Below, piece by piece: positions 17,538 to 26,194 of a DNA stretch of 64,000 bases. The position numbers were made by a program, and so were the translations under genes. Where the stretch lies: contig CAOVHW010000001.1 of NCBI GenBank assembly GCA_948543815.1, positions 9,186 to 73,185 of the forward strand, written 5' to 3'. How positions within the stretch are numbered: the stretch's first letter is position 1; each line of letters starts with the position of its first letter. The notes under the pieces were generated by a model that was not told the origin of the DNA, ran no database searches, and worked only from the letters and a program-made list of their open reading frames with translations. The DNA comes from an uncultured Eubacteriales bacterium. Its GTDB lineage: Bacteria; Bacillota; Clostridia; Lachnospirales; CAMVHY01.

Positions 17538-17608
17538 TTTTTGATACCTAAAAATTTTTTAAGAATCGCACCAAAAAATTTTGGTAATTTAATGACTTTA
17601 AATTTCAT
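17534..17608 (-). CDS. spoVM: Stage V sporulation protein M (24 aa amphipathic peptide); below the ORF-track cutoff
   Basis: The translation MKFKVIKLPKFFGAILKKFLGIKN aligns closely with B. subtilis SpoVM (MKFYTIKLPKFLGGIVRAMLGSFRKD). A GAGGTG RBS lies 7 nt upstream. Confidence 0.8.
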   Translation of the reverse strand: MKFKVIKLPKFFGAILKKFLGIKN

Positions 17609-17619
17609 TTACATTCACC

Positions 17620-17751
17620 TCAACAATAAAGAATCCAGAAGCCGACAATTATCATAATAACGGCAAGGAAATATCCCCATACCGGTACGAATAGGACTAA
17701 AAACATTCCGAGGCCCATTGAAAATAGGACTAGCCCGATAACTTTTTTCAT
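17620..17751 (-). CDS. Small hydrophobic protein (43 aa, two TM segments) immediately upstream of spoVM
   Basis: MKKVIGLVLFSMGLGMFLVLFVPVWGYFLAVIMIIVGFWILYC has a GAGGTG RBS 7 nt upstream of the ATG. Its stop overlaps the spoVM RBS. Confidence 0.5.
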   Translation of the reverse strand: MKKVIGLVLFSMGLGMFLVLFVPVWGYFLAVIMIIVGFWILYC

Positions 17752-17912
17752 TAATTACACCTCAGAGTTTTTTTTGATATATAATACGGCTCGTAAGTTT
17801 AAGAAGTTACAAAAAAAATGGCGCGTAGTGCGTCATTTTTTATCAACTTGATTACTAAAAATATTTCTGATAGAATTTAAGTTAACTGTAAACAAATGAA
17901 ATTTTCTATAAG

Positions 17913-18011
17913 TTATTCACAACCTGTTGATAATTTTGTGTATAACTTACCTATATTTTTCATAAAATCGTACAAGTTTTTAGTTTGTATTGTATATAAT
18001 TTTTATCCACA
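17913..18011 (+). promoter_or_regulatory. DnaA-box cluster upstream of dnaA (candidate oriC / dnaA autoregulatory region)
   Basis: The boxes are TTATTCACA (17913-17921), TGTTGATAA (17925-17933), TGTGTATAA (17937-17945) and a perfect TTATCCACA (18003-18011). They sit in an AT-rich non-coding stretch. Confidence 0.7.
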
Positions 18012-18092
18012 ATTGTTTGTATCATATCAAAATATATGTACAAAAAAATTTTTTTATGCGTACCTACGTAAAAAAAATGGAGGCACAAAGTT

Positions 18093-19403
18093 ATGCACAA
18101 TCCTCAATCTCTTTGGAATGATACTTTAAAATTATTAGAGAATAATTTTACTGAAGTCGTTTTTAATACTTGGATAAAAAAATTAGTACCAATTAAAATC
18201 GAAAATAATTGCCTAATCCTTAAAACTGACCAGAATTTTTTTAAAACAACTATCGAACAACGCTACCTAAATACAATTATAAATTGCCTGCAATCCGTCT
18301 CAAATTCAACTATTACCGCTAAAATAGTAATTGATAGTGAATTATCTAACGAGCCAAAAATAAAATCGTCTAAAAAAAATAATTTAAATCCTAAATATAT
18401 TTTTGAAACATTTGTGCGCGGTAAAAGTAATGAATTGGCATATGCAGCAGCATTAGCAATTGCTGAAGCGCCCGGCCAAACAACTTATAATCCTTTGTTT
18501 CTATACGGAGGAGTTGGGCTTGGCAAAACACATCTTATGCATTCAATCGGTAACTATATTTTGAATCAATCGCCGAATTCAAAAGTTCTTTACGCATCAA
18601 CTGAAACTTTTACAAATGAATTGATAAATTCTATTCGCGAACGTAAAAATCAAGAATTCCGAAATAAATACCGTGATATTGATGTTTTGCTCATCGACGA
18701 TATTCAATTTTTATCAGATAAAGAAGGAACGCAAGAGGAATTTTTCCACACGTTCAACACTTTGTACGATGCAAATAAACAAATTGTAATTTCGAGTGAC
18801 CAACCGCCAAAAGAAATTAAAACTTTGGAAAATCGTCTGCGCTCACGATTTGGTTGCGGTTTAATAGTTGATATAACGCCGCCAGATTTTGAAACTCGTA
18901 GTGCAATTGTTGAAAAAAAAGCGGAACTCGACCATATAAAAATTTCTCCTGAAGTTACGAAATTTATTGCAAAAAATATCGCATCAAATATTCGTGAACT
19001 TGAAGGCGCATTGAATAAAGTTGCGGCATATTCTAAATTAACTAACACACAAATTACATTGGAATTAGCTGAAAATGCACTGCGAGATTTAATCAGTGAA
19101 GCAGCGCGCCCAGATATAACTGTTGAGTTCATACAGGAAATTGTGGCAAATTATTTTAACATAACAGTCGAAGATATGCGTGGGAAAAAGCGTACGCAAA
19201 ATATAGCTTATCCGCGTCAAATTGCAATGTATCTTTCACGTAAATTAATTGATACATCTCTGCCGAAAATTGGTGAAAAATTTGGCGGACGCGACCACTC
19301 AACCGTTATTCATGGTTGTGAAAAAATTTTTAAGGAACTCGAAAACGATATTGAATTAAAAAAAACAATTGAAGACCTAGAAAAAAAGATAAAATGTGAA
19401 TAA
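18093..19403 (+). CDS. dnaA: Chromosomal replication initiator protein DnaA
   Basis: 436 aa with Walker A GGVGLGKTHL, DVLLIDDIQF, sensor motifs, and the C-terminal DNA-binding domain (IAYPRQIAMYLSR...GGRDHSTVIH). Confidence 0.97.
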   Translation: MHNPQSLWNDTLKLLENNFTEVVFNTWIKKLVPIKIENNCLILKTDQNFFKTTIEQRYLNTIINCLQSVSNSTITAKIVIDSELSNEPKIKSSKKNNLNPKYIFETFVRGKSNELAYAAALAIAEAPGQTTYNPLFLYGGVGLGKTHLMHSIGNYILNQSPNSKVLYASTETFTNELINSIRERKNQEFRNKYRDIDVLLIDDIQFLSDKEGTQEEFFHTFNTLYDANKQIVISSDQPPKEIKTLENRLRSRFGCGLIVDITPPDFETRSAIVEKKAELDHIKISPEVTKFIAKNIASNIRELEGALNKVAAYSKLTNTQITLELAENALRDLISEAARPDITVEFIQEIVANYFNITVEDMRGKKRTQNIAYPRQIAMYLSRKLIDTSLPKIGEKFGGRDHSTVIHGCEKIFKELENDIELKKTIEDLEKKIKCE

Positions 19404-19429
19404 AATCGCGCCACTCAAAATAAATTATT

Positions 19430-20101
19430 TTGGGTGATATTTTGATTTTCATAACTGCAAACAGTGAACAAAATAATTTTTGCATCAATAAAAATTATTG
19501 CGATGCGATAGCTTCATTCGGGCAAACTCCGATTTTAATTTCAACTTATAATATAAATCTTATTGACAAAATAATTTCCGTGGCAGATGGAATTTTATTG
19601 AGCGGTGGCGCCGACATTCATGCAAAATTCTTCAATCAAGAATTACATCCCGCAGCTCAAAATATAAATGAAAAACGTGACGAGTTTGAAATTTTGCTTT
19701 GCCAAAAAGCAATAGCAAAAAATTTGCCAGTGCTAGGAATTTGTCGCGGTATTCAAATTTTAAATATTGCGCTCGGCGGAAATATTTTTCAGGATATTCC
19801 TAATCATATGCAAACTACTCCGCGCGATCTTCCATCTCATCGTATAATGGTAAAAAAATCTTCAATGCTTTTTAAAATCACGAATGCAACTGAAATTGAT
19901 GTAAACTCTTTTCATCATCAAGCAGTAAATGTTTTAGGTAAAGATTTAGCGATAAGTGCAACAGCTGATGATGGAACAATCGAAGCAATTGAACATACTC
20001 AAAAAAAATTTGTGATTGGTGTTCAGTGGCATCCAGAAGCGTTAAATAAAGTTTACGCTGTACATAATAAAATTTTTGAAGCATTTGTCAATGCAACTTA
20101 A
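19430..20101 (+). CDS. Class I glutamine amidotransferase, peptidase C26 / PuuD-like gamma-glutamyl hydrolase family
   Basis: It has [15 protein letters not shown] (nucleophile Cys), SFHHQA, and WHPE motifs. The start is uncertain (TTG at 19430 or 19442). Confidence 0.8.
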   Translation: MGDILIFITANSEQNNFCINKNYCDAIASFGQTPILISTYNINLIDKIISVADGILLSGGADIHAKFFNQELHPAAQNINEKRDEFEILLCQKAIAKNLPVLGICRGIQILNIALGGNIFQDIPNHMQTTPRDLPSHRIMVKKSSMLFKITNATEIDVNSFHHQAVNVLGKDLAISATADDGTIEAIEHTQKKFVIGVQWHPEALNKVYAVHNKIFEAFVNAT

Positions 20102-20151
20102 CTTTACTGTTAATATTTTTTGTGATACAATTTTTCGTGGAGGCGATATTT

Positions 20152-20691
20152 ATGGATTTAAAAGGCAGTAAAACTGAAAAAAATTTAATGGCGGCATTCG
20201 CTGGTGAATCGCAAGCCCGTAACAAATACACATATTATGCATCGCGTGCAAAAAAAGATGGCTTTGAGCAAATCGCTAATATTTTTTTGGAAACCGCTAA
20301 CAATGAAAAAGAACATGCAAAAATTTGGTTTAAATTGTTAAATGATGGCGACATTAAAGATACAGCTGAAAACTTAGCTGATGCAGCTGCAGGTGAAAAT
20401 TACGAATGGACTGATATGTATAAAACTTTTGCTGCTGAAGCAAAAGAAGAAGGATTTAACAAAATCGCATATTTGTTCGAAGCTGTAGGTGAAATTGAAA
20501 AAGAACATGAACAACGTTATTTAGCATTATTAAAAAATCTTGAAACGCATCGAGTTTTTGAGAAAGATGGAAAAGTTTATTGGCAATGTTTAAATTGCGG
20601 ACATATTGTTGAAGCAACAAAAGCTCCTGATATTTGCCCGGTTTGCTCGCATGCAAAATCTTACTTTGAATTAAAAAAACAAAATTATTGA
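20152..20691 (+). CDS. rbr: Rubrerythrin
   Basis: It has the N-terminal ferritin-like diiron domain ([26 protein letters not shown] repeats) and a C-terminal rubredoxin-like CxxC...CPVC. A GGAGG RBS precedes the ATG at 20152; the track's 20122 start is an upstream extension. Confidence 0.92.
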   Translation: MDLKGSKTEKNLMAAFAGESQARNKYTYYASRAKKDGFEQIANIFLETANNEKEHAKIWFKLLNDGDIKDTAENLADAAAGENYEWTDMYKTFAAEAKEEGFNKIAYLFEAVGEIEKEHEQRYLALLKNLETHRVFEKDGKVYWQCLNCGHIVEATKAPDICPVCSHAKSYFELKKQNY

Positions 20692-20735
20692 TAATTTTTT
20701 TAGACTAATTTAAATTTGATGTTGATTTTCAAAAC

Positions 20736-20764
20736 AAAAAAGCGCTTAATTAGCGCTTTTTTTC
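20736..20764 (+). terminator. Rho-independent terminator after rubrerythrin
   Basis: aaaAGCGCTtaattAGCGCTtttttt. Confidence 0.75.
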
Positions 20765-20829
20765 ATATAATTTAAACCAAAGTTGTGATATAATACCGAA
20801 TAAATTTAATTTGAAAGGAAAGAAAAATT

Positions 20830-22227
20830 ATGAGCGAAAAAAATAAAAGTAGTTTCTCTGACAGATTAGGATTTGTAATGGCTGCTGCTGGTAGCGCTGT
20901 CGGTCTCGGAAATATTTGGCGTTTCCCTTATTTAGCAGCAAAAGATGGTGGCGGAATTTTTATTTTTTGCTACATCATATTGGCTGCAACTTTTGGCTTC
21001 ACTCTCCTTACTACCGAAGTTGCAATTGGCCGAAAAACAGGTAAAAGTCCATTGACAGCTTATGGCCAACTCCATAAAAAATGGGGTGGCATCGGAATTA
21101 TTACAACGCTCGTACCAATCATGATTTTGCCATATTATTGCGCAATTGGCGGCTGGATTCTGAAATATTTTGAAATATATCTAACCGGGCAAACGCAACT
21201 TGCGGCCACTGATAAATATTTTTCTGAATACATATCTAGCAACTTTCAACCCGAAATTTTTATGATTATTTTTCTTGTCATCTCCGCCGCAATAGTTTTT
21301 TTAGGCGTCGACAAAGGAATTGAACGGCTCGGCAAAATTTTAATGCCAATACTTTTAGTCATCATTACCGCAATTTCCATTTACTCAATAACTATTCGCC
21401 GCACCGATATTAACGGCATTGTACGAACAGGTATTGACGGCTTAAAGATGTACGTTATTCCCGATTTCACCGGCTTAACCTTGAAAAAATTTGTCATCAT
21501 CATGATTGACGCAATGGGTCAACTTTTCTTTTCAATCAGTGTCGCTACCGGCATCATGGTTACCTACGGCTCATATGTAAAAAAAGATGTCAACTTGATG
21601 AAATCAATCAACCAAGTTGAAATTTTTGATACAATTGTCGCTATCCTCGCCGGGCTTATGATTGTCCCAGCCGTTTACGTTTTCATGGGCACAGATGGAA
21701 TGTCGGCCGGTCCCGGCTTAATGTTCGTCTCATTGCCAAAAATTTTTTACTCAATGGGAAAAATCGGAACGCTATTCGGCGCAATATTCTTTTTGATGGT
21801 AATATTCGCCGCAATTACCTCAGCCGTATCCGTTATCGAAACTATCGTATCAAATCTTATTGACAAATTTAATTTCTCACGCACAAATAGTTGCATAATT
21901 GTGTCCTTATACGGACTTATCGGTGGAATTATTATGTGCTTGGGCTATCAACAATTATATTTTGAATTTAAATTACCAAACGGCGTTACCGGCCAAATCC
22001 TAGATATTTTCGATTATGTCAGCAACAATTGTCTAATGCCATTAGTCGCACTTTTGACTTGCATATTAATCGGATGGGTAGTCGGCCCAAAAGCTATCAT
22101 AGATGAAGTTTGCCTTGGCGGATACAAATTTAGCCGTCAAAAATTATATATCATAATGGTAAAATTTATCGCACCCGCAATGTTATTTTTCGTATTACTA
22201 CAATCGATAGGAATAATGAAACTTTAA
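20830..22227 (+). CDS. Sodium-dependent transporter, NSS/SNF family
   Basis: 465 aa with the N-terminal AAGSAVGLGNIWRFPY motif and ~12 TM helices. Confidence 0.9.
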   Translation: MSEKNKSSFSDRLGFVMAAAGSAVGLGNIWRFPYLAAKDGGGIFIFCYIILAATFGFTLLTTEVAIGRKTGKSPLTAYGQLHKKWGGIGIITTLVPIMILPYYCAIGGWILKYFEIYLTGQTQLAATDKYFSEYISSNFQPEIFMIIFLVISAAIVFLGVDKGIERLGKILMPILLVIITAISIYSITIRRTDINGIVRTGIDGLKMYVIPDFTGLTLKKFVIIMIDAMGQLFFSISVATGIMVTYGSYVKKDVNLMKSINQVEIFDTIVAILAGLMIVPAVYVFMGTDGMSAGPGLMFVSLPKIFYSMGKIGTLFGAIFFLMVIFAAITSAVSVIETIVSNLIDKFNFSRTNSCIIVSLYGLIGGIIMCLGYQQLYFEFKLPNGVTGQILDIFDYVSNNCLMPLVALLTCILIGWVVGPKAIIDEVCLGGYKFSRQKLYIIMVKFIAPAMLFFVLLQSIGIMKL

Positions 22228-22350
22228 AAATCCGTCCTTTTTTTATAAAAAAAGTATAAAAAAAATCTTTGTGTGGGTTCACACAAAGATTTTTTTGTTA
22301 AAGTTTATTTTTGTTACTTTTTCTTTTCAAAGAAAAAGTAAGGTTTTGTT
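22226..22350. repeat. Mosaic palindromic repeat locus R1 (modules C-degenerate, A, B)
   Basis: A: atctttgtgtgggttcacacaaagat. B: ttactttttcttttcaaagaaaaagtaagg. Linkers are shared with R2-R6. Confidence 0.85.
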
Positions 22351-22359
22351 AAAATAAGT

Positions 22360-23727
22360 TTAATCTATTTTTTTCAATCCAATTCCTGTTACACCACTCA
22401 AAATTGAAAAAATCGGACAAATAAAACTAAAGAATGCAAACGGTAAAAAATTTATTACGGACACACCTAAAGTATTTGCTGCAAATGCACCTTCAATTCC
22501 CCACGGTATAATGTAATTCGTTAAAGTTACACTGTCTTCGAGCGAGCGACTTAAACTTACTGGCGCCAAATTTAATTTACGATAAATCGGTTTGAATGCG
22601 TTGCCCGTCAAAATAATTGCCAAATACATTTCACCAATGAAAAGATTCATGAAAATTCCTACTAACACTGTCGCGAAAATTAAAGCTGCGGGCGTTTTTA
22701 ATTTCACAATTAATGGATTCATTGCCGTTTCAATAATTTTTAGGCGCATTAACAATCCACCTAATGCCAACGCCATTACTATTAAAAATACGCTTTCCAT
22801 CATGCTATCAATACCGCCACGACTTAAAAGTGAATCAATAATTTGATTGCCCGTTTGCAGCGCATAACCTGACTGCAAAAGATTTGCCAATTTCAAAAAA
22901 TTAAATGTTGCATCGTTAAAAAAAATTAACACAACAGAAACTACAATATTCAAAAAAAGTGTCGGTATCGCCGGCAATTTAAACCATGCGCAACCAAACA
23001 TCAATAGCACCGGAATTATCGTCCACACGCTAACATTAAAATTTGCCTCTAGCAAATTAATCATATTTTGTATCTCACACAAATCTGCCGTCGAATGTGT
23101 TTGCCCCAAAATAAAAAACAAAATCAGCGAAATGATAAAAGCCGGAACCGTTGTCCACATCATATTTTTTATATGTGCGAATAAATCTGCACCTGCAACT
23201 CCCGGAGCAAGATTAGTTGTGTCAGATATTGGCGACATTTTATCGCCAAACATTGCGCCCGAAATAATTGCGCCACAAGTCAAGGACGGATTAATTCCTA
23301 AAGTATAACCAATGCCGAGCGTTGCAATTCCAATTGTGGAAATCGTAGTCATACCACTACCAATGAATAAACCAACTAATGAGCAAACGATGAAAACGGA
23401 CGGTACAAAAAATTTGATATTGATTAACTTAAATCCCCAAAACATCAGTGATGGAATAACGCCAGCTTTCACCCATACAGCAATTAACGCGCCGATTAAA
23501 ATAAAAATAACGATTGGAATGACGGCAACTTTGATGCCGTCGACAATTCCAGAATCTATGTCGTCCCAATCATATCGACAAATATAACGGCCATAAAAAA
23601 TCAAAACGCCAATGAAAAATAATATTGGCATTTGCGGCGAAATTCCTAACCCAATTACACTGACGCCTAAAATTATTAGCATTAGCGACAAAATTAAAAT
23701 GCTTTCTGTAAAAGTAATTTCCCTCAT
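22360..23727 (-). CDS. nhaC: Na+/H+ antiporter NhaC family
   Basis: 455 aa polytopic membrane protein. It has the GAMFGDKMSPISDTTNLAP motif typical of NhaC. Confidence 0.85.
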   Translation of the reverse strand: MREITFTESILILSLMLIILGVSVIGLGISPQMPILFFIGVLIFYGRYICRYDWDDIDSGIVDGIKVAVIPIVIFILIGALIAVWVKAGVIPSLMFWGFKLINIKFFVPSVFIVCSLVGLFIGSGMTTISTIGIATLGIGYTLGINPSLTCGAIISGAMFGDKMSPISDTTNLAPGVAGADLFAHIKNMMWTTVPAFIISLILFFILGQTHSTADLCEIQNMINLLEANFNVSVWTIIPVLLMFGCAWFKLPAIPTLFLNIVVSVVLIFFNDATFNFLKLANLLQSGYALQTGNQIIDSLLSRGGIDSMMESVFLIVMALALGGLLMRLKIIETAMNPLIVKLKTPAALIFATVLVGIFMNLFIGEMYLAIILTGNAFKPIYRKLNLAPVSLSRSLEDSVTLTNYIIPWGIEGAFAANTLGVSVINFLPFAFFSFICPIFSILSGVTGIGLKKID

Positions 23728-23742
23728 AATTTTTGCGCCTCA

Positions 23743-24696
23743 TTAATTAAAAAGTTGCGAAACGGATAAACCTTCATGTACATGCTGAATCGCGGCAGAA
23801 AAAATATGTGCAACCGAAATCAATTTTAATTTGTCAAATATTTTTTCCTTCGGCAAATTAATCGTATCTAATACAACCAACTCATTTATGTCAGATTTAT
23901 TTATCTTTTCAATCGCGTTTGCCGACAACAACGCATGCGTACAGCAAGTATAAATTTCTTTTGCGCCACGTTCTTTCAACGCATTCGCCGCATTTGTAAT
24001 CGTTCCCGCCGTGTCAATTATATCGTCAACCAAAATCACCGACCTATCATTGACATCGCCAATTATATTCAAAATTTCTGAAACATTTGGCTCTGGCCGC
24101 CGCTTATCAATTATCGCCATTGGCGCATTTAATTTTTCTGCAAAACTTCTTGCACGTGCAACACTACCAAAATCCGGCGCAACAATCGTAATATTTTCAT
24201 GCTCGCCATTAAATTTATTTTTAAAATATTCTACAAATAAAGGCACACCAACAAGATGATCAACAGGTATGTCAAAAAAACCTTGAATCTGCGCACAATG
24301 CAAATCCATAGTCAAAATTCTATTCGCTCCGGCACATGTAATAATATCTGCAACAAGTTTCGCGCTAATTGGATCACGCGCGCGTGTCTTACGATCTTGA
24401 CGTGCATAACCAAAATACGGAATAACTGCATTAATACTACCAGCCGATGCCCGCCGCATTGCATCTATCATAATTAAAAGTTCCATTAAATTTTCATTTA
24501 CGGGCGGTGAAGTTGATTGGACAATAAAAACATCGTTGTCGCGTACCGTTTCATTTATTTGCATATTAATCTCGCCGTCACTAAATCGTTTGACCTCCGA
24601 TAAACCTAATGATAAGCCGAGATTAGCAGCAATAGCTTCAGCTAAATTTTTATTTGCATTACATGCGAAAATTTTAATGCTACCATCTTTTAGCAT
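23743..24696 (-). CDS. prs: Ribose-phosphate pyrophosphokinase
   Basis: 317 aa with IPYFGYARQDRK, the DLHCAQIQGFF motif, and the PRPP-binding loop VILVDDIIDTAGT. Confidence 0.95.
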   Translation of the reverse strand: MLKDGSIKIFACNANKNLAEAIAANLGLSLGLSEVKRFSDGEINMQINETVRDNDVFIVQSTSPPVNENLMELLIMIDAMRRASAGSINAVIPYFGYARQDRKTRARDPISAKLVADIITCAGANRILTMDLHCAQIQGFFDIPVDHLVGVPLFVEYFKNKFNGEHENITIVAPDFGSVARARSFAEKLNAPMAIIDKRRPEPNVSEILNIIGDVNDRSVILVDDIIDTAGTITNAANALKERGAKEIYTCCTHALLSANAIEKINKSDINELVVLDTINLPKEKIFDKLKLISVAHIFSAAIQHVHEGLSVSQLFN

Positions 24697-24798
24697 ATGT
24701 ATACCTCTTTTTCAGAAAAATTATTAATTCCGAAACGATTATAACACTTGTCATGAAATAAGTTCAAACTGAAAAAATTTTTTACGTATAAAATGTAC

Positions 24799-24833
24799 AA
24801 AAAAAATTCCCATGATATCATTGGGAATTTTTT
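24799..24833. terminator. Bidirectional terminator downstream of locus B gene 4
   Basis: The stem aattccca / tgggaatt is flanked by an A-run and a T-run. Confidence 0.7.
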
Positions 24834-24905
24834 ATGAAAAAATTTATATATCAATAACAAATTTTTTATTATTTGTCACCAATATTAATTTTGATTTTAT
24901 ATATT

Positions 24906-25940
24906 TTAATGTTCTTGAGATCTTGGCATATTATTTAAATTAGGAATTGGAACAGGCTTTTGCGATTCAATAGCATTTAATTTGTCCAAAACTAACTTTT
25001 GTTTAAATTTCGGATAGCTATTAGCCAGATTTTTAAGGTATAAACGACAGGCTAAAATTTGGGCATCACTTAAATTATTAAACCGCTTAATATTTAATCC
25101 AAGAGATATTATATCAATTAACTCTCTAGTATCCATATCATTTATAATTGGCGGATTAAAAATATAGTCCAAATAAACTTTCTTATCATCTTCTGAATAA
25201 TTATTAGCCGGATCTTGTACATATGAAACACATTCTAAAAATTTGTCTTTGCTTAATTTAGCAAATGCACTCTTAGCAAAGAATATATCATAATCAATTA
25301 TTTCAAATAAAAGTTTAGGTTCCATAACATTAAAAACTTCTCGATTAATATTAATTAATTTAGGCACCATTATTAGCTTTTTTTCTGTTTCATTAGTTTG
25401 TACATATTTAATACAATCTAAAATTTTGTTTGCACTTAAAGCAGCTAACGTGGCTTCATTTAATAGACCACTTTCTACTATTTCAACTAAAGATTTAGCA
25501 TCTATATTATTTATAATTTGTGGATTAAGAGAGATTACTTTCTCTAAAAATTTTTTTCCTAAATTACTCCATTCCCCCGAATTTTGTATATAGGAAACGC
25601 ACTCTATAATTTTTTCGTTGCTTAATTCATTCAAGCTATCATTATTCAATAAGTCAAAATTAAGCAACATAATCAAATTGTCAGACGTTAGTCTATTTAT
25701 ACAACTCGGTTTACTATCGACTAAGTTGCTCAAGATAGTTATATCTCGTACCGGTCTCGCTCCCTTGTATCCTTGCGCAACTTCAAGGAGCTCTTGAAAT
25801 TTTTCATCATTTAAATCGACTAATGATTTAGTAGATAATGATTTATTATACAACATTTTATATAAACGTTTAGATTCCATATTATTTAAATCTTTAGACG
25901 CCGCATCATTATTTAATACAAAATTTCCATTTTCATTCAT
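24906..25940 (-). CDS. Locus B gene 4: soluble repeat protein (344 aa), 4-5 copies of a ~61 aa helical repeat; no TM hairpin
   Basis: Repeats start at LSNEKIIECVSYIQN, LSANKILDCIKYVQT, LSKDKFLECVSYVQD and LSDAQILACRLYLKN. The same repeat occurs in the 833 aa and ~1456 aa proteins. GGAGA RBS. Confidence 0.85.
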   Translation of the reverse strand: MNENGNFVLNNDAASKDLNNMESKRLYKMLYNKSLSTKSLVDLNDEKFQELLEVAQGYKGARPVRDITILSNLVDSKPSCINRLTSDNLIMLLNFDLLNNDSLNELSNEKIIECVSYIQNSGEWSNLGKKFLEKVISLNPQIINNIDAKSLVEIVESGLLNEATLAALSANKILDCIKYVQTNETEKKLIMVPKLININREVFNVMEPKLLFEIIDYDIFFAKSAFAKLSKDKFLECVSYVQDPANNYSEDDKKVYLDYIFNPPIINDMDTRELIDIISLGLNIKRFNNLSDAQILACRLYLKNLANSYPKFKQKLVLDKLNAIESQKPVPIPNLNNMPRSQEH

Positions 25941-25996
25941 AGTTAACCATCTCCTATTAATATAATTTATAATAAAGCATTTATACCAATAATTCT

Positions 25997-26025
25997 ATTA
26001 TATTACATGAAAATTAAAAAGTCAA
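25997..26025 (-). promoter_or_regulatory. Near-consensus sigma-A promoter of locus B gene 4 (TTGACT-17-TATAAT)
   Basis: The - strand reads TTGACTttttaattttcatgtaaTATAAT. The -10 plus downstream TATAATAGAATTAT box is shared with the other two locus B transcription units. Confidence 0.7.
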
Positions 26026-26149
26026 CCCATAAATCAAAAAAAATTTATATATAAAAAAATCCACTCATATAGATTTTTTTAACTGCAGCTTTTTCAAAAA
26101 GATAACACTCACAAAATAACTATAACATTTGGTAAAAAATAAGTTCAAA

Positions 26150-26180
26150 TAAAAAAAATTCCCTTTGCAATAAGGGAACT
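26150..26180 (-). terminator. Rho-independent terminator after the 833 aa gene
   Basis: On the - strand, gttccctt-attgca-aagggaa is followed by a T8 run. Confidence 0.75.
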
Positions 26181-26194
26181 TTTTTCGAAAAAAT

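Noticed and set aside
17811-17850. Orphan bidirectional hairpin (atggcgc-gtagt-gcgtcat between A8 and T6 runs), considered as the terminator of a missing upstream gene such as rpmH or rnpA.
   Set aside because: No gene on either strand ends next to it within the window, so no function can be assigned. It is mentioned only under the origin-region finding.
17896-18129. 77 aa + strand ORF upstream of and overlapping the dnaA start.
   Set aside because: It lies in the AT-rich DnaA-box region, has no RBS, has a low-complexity F/Y/I/K composition, and overlaps the well-supported dnaA start.
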